DNA of 61,599 bases, filler included, from Gonapodya sp. JEL0774 (lineage: Eukaryota): assembly GCA_027604505.1 (NCBI GenBank). It is 21 parts of 21 records of this genome, joined end to end, with 100 filler letters (N's around TTAATTAATTAA, not from the genome) between each part and the next. Parts side by side here need not be neighbours in the genome. Positions count along the whole stretch, not along the records: positions 11,787 to 14,631 come from JADIIX010001636.1; positions 14,732 to 17,571 come from JADIIX010001637.1; positions 17,672 to 20,511 come from JADIIX010001638.1; positions 20,612 to 23,450 come from JADIIX010001639.1; 17 more parts are not named here. One strand, 5' to 3'. This document shows, piece after piece, positions 12,657 to 23,550 of the stretch. The notes below the pieces were generated by a model. The model saw nothing but the letters and a program-made list of their open reading frames with translations. It was not told the origin of the DNA and did no database searches. Positions within the stretch are counted from its first letter, which is position 1. Every line of letters begins with the position of its first letter. The position numbers were made by a program, and so were the translations under genes.

Positions 12657-13452
12657 ATGTCGCCCGCTCTCTTGGTTCCCATCACCGCAGTCTACTCCAG
12701 CGTTCTTGGACTCATTCATTGTAAGTGGTGTTCGGACTTGCCATTGAGCGGGCATGTTGGGTCTCTGATCCCAGTTGTCATGCTTAAGGTGCACTCATCG
12801 TCACCGTGGGTCGTGGCCGCGGAAAGTTCAACGTTTCCTTGGGCGACTCTTCCCGCGAACAAGCGCTCGAGATTATTGCGAAGCATGGGGTCGATCGGGC
12901 GGCGCTGGCGGACCCGCTTATCGTATGTATTCGTCGACCTCGAATTGCACCCGAGAACACATGCAGTACTGATCGAACCGATGCTGATCGATTCAGACGA
13001 ACGGGTTCGCAACCAAGTACTGGCCGCTTATGAGGCGGATTCGTGCACAAGCAAACTTTGCGGAGACTGCACCGTTCGCTCTCATCATCAGTGGTAGGTT
13101 AATTTGCTATTTGAGTGCTGATCATCAACACCAATACACAATCACGCTACCCCGCAACACCACCGCAGCCATGGCAGAGCTTAACGGAGCCCCAGAGATT
13201 GGACTGCATGTTCTGCGTGAGTTTGATTTCTATCGCGTGGAATGTTCCAATATATTGACGTTTATGGGTGCATTTGCTGTTTCCTTTTCCTCAGTCGGGC
13301 TTTTCACCGTTGATCGTCTGTGGTCGACCACCGGTATTCTTCTCAGTGACTCTCAGTCGACCAATAATCGTCGCAATGCGGCCGTGACAGGATTGGTGCT
13401 CGTGCTTGTCGGTTCGGTGTGGAACGTGTTGCGTGTCGCGGGAGTTGTCTAG
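12657..13452 (+). CDS. MAPEG-family membrane protein (YecN-like), multi-exon
   Basis: MSPALLVPITAVYSSVLGLIH / GRGRGKFNVSLGD / LMRRIRAQANFAETAPFALII / AELNGAPEIGLHVL match the MAPEG signature (RxxRAHxNFxE...ELNG). Confidence 0.85.
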
Positions 13453-13642
13453 TTCGTGGACAGCCCATGTACTTTCAATGTTCAGATTAGTTTGTGATTG
13501 GCCGCGTGTTAGATATATAATAACATTTGTGTTTGTCGATTTACAATTTGCCTGGTGTGGTCACGGTACTGAGGCCGCAGTTGGTTCAGAGTTCATGATT
13601 CCCCGGTTTGAGCGAACTTGAACAGAGGGGGAATCTGGCACG

Positions 13643-14631
13643 ATGGAAGCGACTTCTTCTTTTCAGGAGAACCAACATTCCCAGGTTGACTCGCAACTCC
13701 ACAACGCCCATTCAAATGCTGCTGCTGGGTCAGAACCCATTGCCAGTTCCACCGATCAAGTTGCCAACTCAAACACTGACACGCTGCAGCGACTCCAAGA
13801 CGCTCACATCCAGGCTTTGCCTCGCCCAATCGCTAGTGAAACAAACAATGTTCCAAACGGGACGGCCTGGCCACCCCCAACCGCGGGAGGTGGGGCTGGC
13901 TGGTCTCAGCTGGGCCTCGCTCCACCTGCACCTCCCCCCGGCACGTCCAACGGCATCAACGCCGCTCCTTCTCATGCGTCGCTTGGTGCTTCTCTGCAGG
14001 TCGTTTACCCGAACGCCCCGGAACTCTCCACGTTCAGTGCTGACATGACCAACACATACTCTGCCCAAGTGGGTACTTGGGATCCTCATCCATATCCGTA
14101 CCAGAACCCATATCCGCCGACCGAGCCGATCCACCCGCTCCAGGGCGCTTTTGATCCTGCCAGGCAGCAACCTCCCGCGTTCGCCACCGCCGGGAGCTCT
14201 TACTCGGCCCAAGCCGGCACCTGGGATCCATACCCCAACCCGGCACATCAGACCCCACCGCCACGGCCAAGTGAACCGCGAGTGGACGGTGTCCCAGGAG
14301 CTCACGATGCGGCAAGGCAGCAGCCTGCTGCTCCGGTTCCCGAAGTTCGTTACGGACGGTGTGTGTCCGTTCACCGTGTCATGTTGCTGAAGGACATTCG
14401 CCGGAGATGACCACACGTCACTTCTCACAATGTTGAGCGTTGTTGAAGCTACAATGGATTTTGCACTCACCTGCACATCTGTGTCTTTCTACCAATCTGG
14501 CCCCACTCTCGTCTGCCCCATTATATTCCCCACCACACCGTCCGATCCACCCCATGCCAGCCTCGTGGTCCTCGGCTACCGCACCCAACGCACCCTCTCC
14601 AACGGCACCATCGACCGCATCGACCGAAACG
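13643..14631 (+). CDS. Pro/Gln-rich N-terminus followed by the start of a Pellino-like domain; truncated by the contig end
   Basis: Splicing 14358 to 14561 (GT...CAG) gives EVRYGRLVVLGYRTQRTLSNG, resembling the Pellino N-terminal VKYGELIVLGYNG. Confidence 0.5.
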
Positions 14632-14731
14632 NNNNNNNNNNNNNNNNNNNNNNNNNNNNNNNNNNNNNNNNNNNNTTAATTAATTAANNNNNNNNNNNNN
14701 NNNNNNNNNNNNNNNNNNNNNNNNNNNNNNN

Positions 14732-16916
14732 TACTGCTGCGATCATCAGTCTTGGTCGGTGATCGGCATCAACATGAACACGTGTTCAGTTTGAACATTT
14801 CGGTCTCGTTGCTGTGGTCGTGTTGGCAGGTCTGCACTCACTCACCCCCCTCAGTCTCGGCCCCCTTTGTCTTGTCCGCACACCTTTTCATCGACTGCTG
14901 TAGCGCACCTGAAGTGAGTCTTGCTGTTCCCTTCCACTTGTCTGCAATGACGTCCCTTGCGCGATTTCTCTGGCTCCACGCTTCCTCAAACTTCCCTTCT
15001 ATCTCTTTGCCAATTCGATACTTGCTTTCTGTGGCGGTGAACTTTCCCCGTGTCTCAAATCTTCTAACCGAGTTGCTGACGCTTGCTTCTGTGCCCTCTT
15101 GGTAAAGGTCCCCGTTCGACGACGCAAATGTGGTCCGCATCCACTCAATCCACCTCGGTACCTGACCAGAGCGCGTATTGGGCTTCTTATCAACAAGCGT
15201 ACGGCAGCTCGTATGCCTATCCTTCGACCGACTCGTCCGGCTATTATGCCAGCGCCTCCATGCAGCAATCGTATCCAGCTCAAACCCAACCCCAGCAACC
15301 AGAGATAACTGGTCCGTGCCCAAACCCGTTTCGGTCTTGATAGCATCTTTCTTCACATTTAACATTTTTCGAACCTTCAGACCCTGTGGCCTTGGCTGCC
15401 AAGCAGTTTGCAATCAACAAGAAGATCATGGAAGAAGCTGAAAGGCAAGGGAAGGATCCAACAGAAGCGCTTTACACGTATTACGGTATGAAATACGATC
15501 CAGGTGCAGCTGTCGCAGCGGCGAACGGGTGGTACGGTTACACAGGGAGTGAAGCGGGCTCGGCAGGTGTGTGTGATCCTCAATTTTGTCCACATGCCCA
15601 TTTTGGACACTGACCTGGCCGCTGATTTACCCAGCTTCTTACGCTCATTCTCTCGCTGTGAACATCGTACTCGAGAAACAGAAATCAGAGGCAGATTCAG
15701 TTCCCGGAGTGACTGGGGCAAACGAAAGCGAAGTACGTTCTCACTTCCAATCTCTTCGCGGCTTTCCCAATAATGTTGTTTTGCGTTCTAGCAAAGTACA
15801 AGTACTGCGAGTCACGTTGTCGCTATCGCTAGTACAACCTCACCAGAGCACCCTAGTTCAGCACCGGTCAAGCCTGTCAAGAAGACCGACCACGTCAAGG
15901 CAAACAAAACATCCGGACAGTCTGTTGCCGGATCGCAGCGTATGGAGATATCTGAGAAGGCTCAATTGTCGTCCCAATCTCACGTTGCCACTTCTGACAG
16001 ACGGACGGGTGAAGCTGGTGGTGACATCGCACCGGCCGGCGGCAACAGAGGTGGAAAGGAGACGTCTGGAGGTACGACTCGTGCTCGAGAGGCGGATTTG
16101 CGTGTGGACGTGAAAGCGACTGCGCCAGTCGTGAGTGCGGTGGAACTAATGCCGATTAGCCCGGAAGAAAAGGTGCAGGATGACAACGGTTCCCAAAGGA
16201 GGTCCCAGGTTCGTTGCAATGCCGATTCAAAGTACTTGCGACTATTCATTACTTTGCTTTAATGTCTACAGCCTCCTGAATCGAACCCGTATTCCGCCGT
16301 TCCGATATTTTGGGAGGATGCGCAGACTGCGGACGACGAGGAGGCTCCTCTGCCTCCAACAAAGCTCGTCAATTCAAAAGACGGAGAAAAGTTCCTCTCT
16401 ATCCTTCAGTCTTTTAAGAACACCGAGTTTAGAAGAGGGAGAGAACCTGCCCGCAAACGGCAGCTGCGAAAGCAATGGATGAGCTTGAGTCGTAGCCGTA
16501 GCCGCAGCCGTAGTCGAAGCCGTTCGAGGTCGAAGCGGCGCTCCAACAGTCGTCAGCGTGGTGACAAAAGGCGGCGAACGCGGAGCCGGTCGCGGAGCCC
16601 TCAGAAGCATCGGTCACACAAGGATCGAAGTCGGGAGCGAAGCCGCCACAAAAGACGCCACAGTCGCGAACGGAGCCGGGACCGGGCGTCGCCGAAACTT
16701 GATACCAGTGCTGCCCCGGCGGATCCGGACTACCACAGCCGATCACACAAGGAGGGACGACGAGACCGGCACGGCGATTCCCAGAGGGATGAGCGGGGTG
16801 ATAGGCATTCCAAACGGCGGCACAAAAGTCGGGATCGGAAGGAGCGTCACAGCAAGCACGGGGATGGTCACGCTGTCAGGGATCCTATGGACGTCAGTGG
16901 TGGTGAACAGGAATGA
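14732..16916 (+). CDS. RS-domain, splicing-factor-like protein, partial, multi-exon
   Basis: Tyr/Ser/Gln-rich exon (SAYWASYQQAYG), GT-AG introns, and a C-terminal SRSRSRSRSR plus R/D/H-rich tail ending at 16916. Confidence 0.65.
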
Positions 16917-17101
16917 CGAGACTTCGGTTGCGGGTACTACGATTTGCACTTTCTTAGCGGATATAAGTACATGTGTGAGATGAATATAATAACAAATTGA
17001 CTTACTGGTGACCAAGGGGTTAGTGATGTTGTGCATGACGTTTCATTTTTGTCTGCACACGCCCTCTCCGATCGTGGAAGACGTGTTCTCTCATTTTCGC
17101 C

Positions 17102-17571
17102 ATGATTCTCAACCCAACTTGCACCCGGCTCGCAACCGCAATCGCACCTTCGCTCATTTGCACTTCATTGAAGCATGCCTCGTCGACCTCTTTCCCACCG
17201 CCACGGTCGTCGGGTCGACGCAATTGTAGCCAACGACCACTGTATGGAGTTTCACCACAATTCCGGACGACAACCCTGAGGCGAGGTCCAGCGCATGTGA
17301 ACCTGGCTCGGGGATTTCATGCCAGTGGTGGGCAATCCGGTCGGCTGTCCGGGAGAAGATTTTGGTTTTCACCATTCCTTGACCCACAGGACCCTCTCGC
17401 GCTCCGAAACGGGATGTGTATGAGGTAAGAAAGCGCATACTGTCCACTGGCAAGCTTGATGATCAATCATGGTGTCCTCATTCCTTGTCTCGTCTGTTGA
17501 CACACCAACTTGTTAGATTCTCGGTGTTCCCCGAACCGCGTCCGCTTCTGAGGTGAAGAAGGCGTATTACT
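17102..17571 (+). CDS. MDJ1: Mitochondrial-type DnaJ co-chaperone, 5' part
   Basis: Arg/Ser-rich presequence ending RGFHAS, then KRDVYE|ILGVPRTASASEVKKAYY (J-domain start) across an intron. Confidence 0.8.
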
Positions 17572-19143
17572 NNNNNNNNNNNNNNNNNNNNNNNNNNNNN
17601 NNNNNNNNNNNNNNNTTAATTAATTAANNNNNNNNNNNNNNNNNNNNNNNNNNNNNNNNNNNNNNNNNNNNGATGTGTACGAGTGTACGATCGAGTGTAT
17701 TCCACGAGTTGCGGCGTGAACAAATCAAATGCACATATTTCGGATCGCAAAAGAAATCGGAATCGTCGATTCGTGGCGGAGACTCACGGAGCAGCATGTT
17801 CTGTGTGTCCGGTGTACGCGCGGGACGAGGGTGGAAGAGTCGTGAGCGGTTACTGTCACACAAGAATATTGACCGATCACCTGACAGACTGCTGAACTGC
17901 ACGGTCAGCGTCACGAAAAAACGGGTCCAATTTGCATACTAGTGCACATGCGCACTCAAGCGACACAGCACACCGTTCGTTGCAGACGCACACAGTGCAT
18001 GCGATCACGTGCACATCTCAGCTCGGCCTGGACCAAGGAAGAATTCAAAAATCACATCCAATACAGTGACCGTGGTTCCGTTCTGTCCCTCTGCTACCGC
18101 ACAGGAAGCGCAAAAATAATTCGTAGCCTGAGCCCGGAACGGAGAGTGGCGGTCCGGGGCGTGGCGACATTGCGTGCGGGGTTGCGGCCAACGAGACGCT
18201 CTCAATGTAACCTTGTACAGAGCGTCTGCTGCCGGCACGCTGGGCGCGCATTGGGGATACATGGGCAGTGGTCGACCGTGATTAAGATCCTGCACGTCCC
18301 ATGCACCACACCGACTGGTACAGTCGAAACCCCGGAGATCACGCACAAGCTAGTGAGGCTTAATTATATCACAGACACGAGCGATGTTTCGCAAGGTGAG
18401 ATTGGTAAGTGTTCCTATCTGGCGATATATAAAGATATCGATCAGGCTGTGAAGTTCAGTCTGGGGATCACAACGCAACAAAGGCAAAACGGAAATTGCC
18501 TTCAATGCGACAACCACGAATCGGTACCCGTGGTGCCACAGAGGAAGCGTAAATAATTATATGAGGTGCTTGTGCTTGACATACGAGTGGCTGTAGGGTG
18601 TCTGGGACATAGCGTTATTGTATACGATCTTTCTCATCTATGCGCTTCAACATGGAGGAAGTCTGACGCGGTGAGCACACGTGCAGATTGACAGTGGCTC
18701 GGTAAAGCCCCGGACTCTGGTGCTCCGCTCAGCCACGACTCACTGCGGATCACGGTTCACGATCACATGTGCGATCTGGTGAGGAAAACTTCCCCGTTGG
18801 CAATCTGTTCTCCCTCATTCCTCCATATACAAGCGCAGGCCCGCGGACATCCTATAACCTTGCAGTGTCACCAAATCAAGAACCTTAGCCTTCAACCCCG
18901 CCACTGTGGACAGGTCGGCCTAGTATGGCAAAGGCGGCGCAAAAGAACGTCAGTCAACTGAGGGGGTGATCCGTCAAGGTGCAAATAGAATACGGATCTG
19001 GGTCAAAACAAGGTTAAGTGCTCCCACGCTAATGAGTAATGGCTCATGGGGTGTCAGACTGCTCACTGACTTCTTTATGCAAGAGCAATGGCCACAGACA
19101 TGCCGGCCTGGTCCACTGTTCAAAACCGCGCTGTCAAACCAGC

Positions 19144-19265
19144 TGTGGAGGACAGCACGGGATGGATCGAAGGGGCGGGAATGTATGATGGTGTTTGAGG
19201 TGTAGAATACATTTGCTATCTACGCGGCGCGGCTAAACCCTCACACATAGAGCCGTTCCGTCACA
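19144..19265. mobile_element. Solo LTR (~122 bp, TG...CA) with 4-bp TSD CAGC
   Basis: TGTGGAGGAC...CCGTCACA is flanked by CAGC on both sides and aligns end to end with 45648-45764. Confidence 0.8.
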
Positions 19266-20978
19266 CAGCTGTACATATGACCGGAAATTGGGCAACAATT
19301 GTGACCAACACCGCAACTATGGACACGTCACCACAATGCAGTGAAGGAAACGCAAAAATGACGGATAGGCATGTGAACAATTGGTGTGATATGTGAGCCG
19401 CTGTATATGCGTATGGCCTCGCTTCAATGCACAAGGTGGTCGTACGAGCATGATGTCGCAACACTGCCGTGATCCAGGGTTGCCATCACGTCACTCCTTG
19501 TTTTTGAAGTCCATGCGCTCTCTATGCCAAGCTATCAACATGAAGCAGATGTAGCTCAGCAAGGCTGGCAAGCCTGAATATGACTTGAATCCACGATTTC
19601 CGTGATCCCACGCCCTGTCTGCAGGTACTCAGAAACATGACGTGCAGGCATGTGCATGCATAGGCGCACCCACGCCCTCTCACTGTACACATGAAGGAAC
19701 AGACAGGATTGGTCTTTGCACTGAAGCCGCTGACGTCACCCACTCAGGCCGCGGAAAAGGAAACACAAAACAGAAGCGCAACAGAATGTGTAAGCGGCAA
19801 GCATGATCTAGAAAAAGCCGCTGATATTCTATTGGAAGATGGCGGGGGGTCTAACAAAAATGTGGTGAGGGCGGTGACTGTATGCAGCAGTGACCTTCTA
19901 GACACTATTTGACTGGAATGGAGGAAACGAAAAAGAACATTCTCTCCGGCGTCAGTAGGAAGTCGAAATGTGATTGTATTTCTCTTGCTTGGCAAGTGTG
20001 TAGAAAGGCGCGGAAGATCCCAATAACGGTCGTGCGGCCTCAGATGACGGATGACTTGTGGTTCACGGTCGAGAGTGTTGCGTCATCACAGTCCGAGCAT
20101 TTGGCCAACACACGGACCGGGTAGAAGCCAAAAGTAGTGTACGGTAAAGTCGAAGTCACGCCGATGACCTCTGGTGCAACAAAGAAGATTGCTCGATGTG
20201 TTCAGTCTGATTCGCAAGTGGCGGTAGTTTCTCTGAAGAATCCGATGACGTCAAAAAGCACGCATCTCGCGGCAAGCAATCCAAGAGGAACTATTCTACG
20301 TATACTCACGTGAAAGAGCAATTCTGCCGGAATGTACACTTGTTAACTGTAGTGGCCTGTAAACATTCTCATCGCGACTTGCTCCTCATCAACTCGTGAA
20401 CGCCAAACTTGAAACCAGCTCAGGAAGAGGAACCGTAAATCAAACTTACGAAATTCAACAAAGTGGTGAAAAGTGGTTCGAGACAATTTTGGAGCGGGTC
20501 GATGCTTGATCNNNNNNNNNNNNNNNNNNNNNNNNNNNNNNNNNNNNNNNNNNNNTTAATTAATTAANNNNNNNNNNNNNNNNNNNNNNNNNNNNNNNNN
20601 NNNNNNNNNNNTATGTCCGAGTAGGCGTGGTGTTGATCACCACTATTGCCTGGACGCAAAGGTGCTCTCTTCGTTTACCATCTGGCGGAAAGCATGGTAC
20701 ATGTATTGATTGTGGTACGTCGGCATCGATATTGTGGTATTGGGAAGTATGTATTTTTTGATATGTCATGGCGTCGACCCGAGAAAATCGGATGACAGTA
20801 GTACTCTGTATTTTGACAAGAAGCATCGTTGGATAATAATGTATCTGAGCAATATGAGACCATCTTGCCTATTCCATCGTCTTTGTTTCAGATACAGTTG
20901 CATAGTTCAACGCGATCACTCAGCGAATATTATCACTGCTCGCAGATACGACTGATATTGATACTTCCCGGTACAAAT

Positions 20979-22832
20979 TCATTTTCCGCTCCGCTTTCTT
21001 TCGCCCCTCCTTGGCCTCTCTTCTTCCACCCAGCTGACATGCTCGACGTTTCTCCCTTCTCCCGCCTTCTCCTTCTCCACAGCAGCCTCTGCAGCGGACG
21101 CAAAAAGCTCCGGTTCTCCGGAGGTGGCCTTGCGAGAAGAGGAGGGTCTGCGTGTCGACTTCACGCGCTTGCGGGACGGAGTGCTGAACTCTTGCGGTTC
21201 GTCATCGGGACCGAATGAGGAGTCCTCGCCATCCGAATCGTCCTTTGCAGCAGACCTCTTCCGTCTCGTTGTAGGAGCACGCTTGGGTATTTCTGCTACC
21301 GAATCTCCTGTTTGTTTTGATGCCGCCACTACTTCTTGTTTACCTTCATCTTCCCGAACCCCATCGCCGCTCATTGCTTCCATCAATTTCCTCACCATAT
21401 CAGTCTTCTTCCCACCAGCAGCCAGTCCTCTTTTCTCCAATTCCTCTCTCAGAAGCGCTACAGTCATTTTTTCCGGCAAAAGAGTCTCACCATCGTCACG
21501 GGCGCAATGCGAGTGGAAAACCCTCGCAGGTCTTACAGTGGGCGCCGAAATAGACGCGTCCGTGGATGACAAGAGCGGCTGACAGGTGGTACACGCCCAA
21601 CATGTACGACCTGAGAAAGTGAGAAGAGCTACATTGGAAACGGATGCACTGAGCACACAATAGACACCCACAGGCCTACCTGCCATTTCCCAAGACGAGA
21701 TCCCACTACCACACTCCCCACACTTCGAATGGTTATAAATGTATCGACGCGTCCACTAAATCACCGTAATGTAAGTCGATCGACTATGCGAGCGTCTGCA
21801 AATTATTCTCACCGGAGGTCCCAACCTCCTGGCGTCGTCGTCATCCACCGTCAGTATAGATCCCGTTTGGAAACCCCGTTGCAAGAGTTCGACAGAGTGA
21901 CGCCACACTTCATCGAAACGATCACGGGGTACGGTGTTGGATGGTTGGTTCGGGTGGAGGCGGGACTTGTAGAGGATTTCGGCTGGGGCACGGGCAGTCA
22001 GTCATGACGGCACTCAATCGTAAGAACATACTTCCAACGGCTCTTACCTCGATAGATATTCCCTACGCCTGCAATGATGGATTGGTCCATCAAAATCAGA
22101 CCGATCGGCTTCTTGGTCGCTTGGACCTTGTTCCATACTCTCTCAGGATCCGCGTCTGCTCTCAGTGGGTCTTCTCCAAGTTTCTTGGTCCACTCCTCGT
22201 AGAAGTCTATTCGGCCTCCGTCGAGCACTTGACCGCTCACTCGAAGAAGCAGGTCCTCTGTTTCGTTGAGTAGCTCCAGACGGTGAGATGGGAGTGCTTC
22301 CGTGGTCGAGGAAGATGGAAGCTCGGTCCATCGGCCAGACATGCCAAAGTGGATGTGAACAATGAACGGCTCAGTAGATGGGGGTTTGGAATCTTTGGAG
22401 GGCACGTCGAAAACTATCGCATCGGTAGGATGACCACCGACCATGTGGGGGTGAGATATCCAAATTTATCCATGGATTGCAGATTCAAATTCTAAAAAGA
22501 GTTTGCTCACAGTAGAATAGATTCTTGCCACTAAAAGAAGGCGAGATTGGGAGATCGGAGTGAGCTTCATCATCAGTCGCTATCAGCTATCAGACACCGT
22601 GTCAACTCACTGCGCCTCTATTCTGGACAAAGTCTGTCCCGAGATGATTTTCACTTGCGGGAACTTGCCATTCGGGCTTTCGGGATCAGTCCGATCGGAT
22701 TTGAACGACAACGATCTTGTTGTGAGATCACGCCATGCCATCATCAACGCACCTGGTTGCCTTGAACGACTTTCCGAGAAGAATTTTGCGATGATGGGCT
22801 GCGACGCGGTGGACTTGGTGGCCTTCGACCAT
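20979..22832 (-). CDS. Fpg/Nei-family DNA glycosylase (endonuclease VIII-like) with C-terminal SAP domain, multi-exon
   Basis: MVEGHQVHRVA N-terminus; HIHFGMSGRW; KLGEDPLR; H2TH motif IGLILMDQSIIAGVGNIYR; zinc-finger end GRTCWACTTCQP; SAP-like MTVALLREELEKRGLAAGGKKTDMVRKL. Confidence 0.9.
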
Positions 22833-23550
22833 TTTGAGGTTCGTAGAATGGAAAGGTCTCAACGGATTGCAGGGGAAGGTCTTTGCTACGATGAAAACGG
22901 GGTAACTTTGGAATTTGTTGAACGGAACCGTGAGTGAAAACTTGTTTATGTTATGTATCTTCCCCAGTCGTTGATGATGCAAAAAGGTTGGAAGCATGCC
23001 CAAATGAAGTCAGGCAGCTTTTGCCAGTTGTCACCCAAATTGCAACCCACTCTATGACATTCGCTCAAGTTTATTTTTGGGCTTCACAAGCGTCAAGGTT
23101 AGCTGATCTATATGGGCTGACCGAGTGTGCTCTCATCTGCACTACGGCGCTATTATGAGCTGGGTCAGAGTTTGTGAATGGAACATGCCTTGACTTCTTG
23201 CAGCTTGGTCCCACCCTCGGCCCTCTGAAACTTTTACGATTATGGTGAGCAATTGAATTGTACGTTTTCGCATGTTGGGGAGAGCAGTTACCACGGAGTG
23301 GTGATATTGCCCATGGTCCGTGCATGTACTTTGGTCGCGGGGTAACCGTGGTTTCTCCAAAACACCCCATCTAATAGGTGTGGACTTGCAACCACCGGGA
23401 CCTCTATTGACCAGACATCGCGCTGCGTCAACCGATTGCTGCATTTGAATNNNNNNNNNNNNNNNNNNNNNNNNNNNNNNNNNNNNNNNNNNNNTTAATT
23501 AATTAANNNNNNNNNNNNNNNNNNNNNNNNNNNNNNNNNNNNNNNNNNNN

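Noticed and set aside
17672..20511. Protein-coding genes in this contig
   Set aside because: Only short broken ORFs with no recognisable motif; apart from the solo LTR it is treated as intergenic or decayed DNA.
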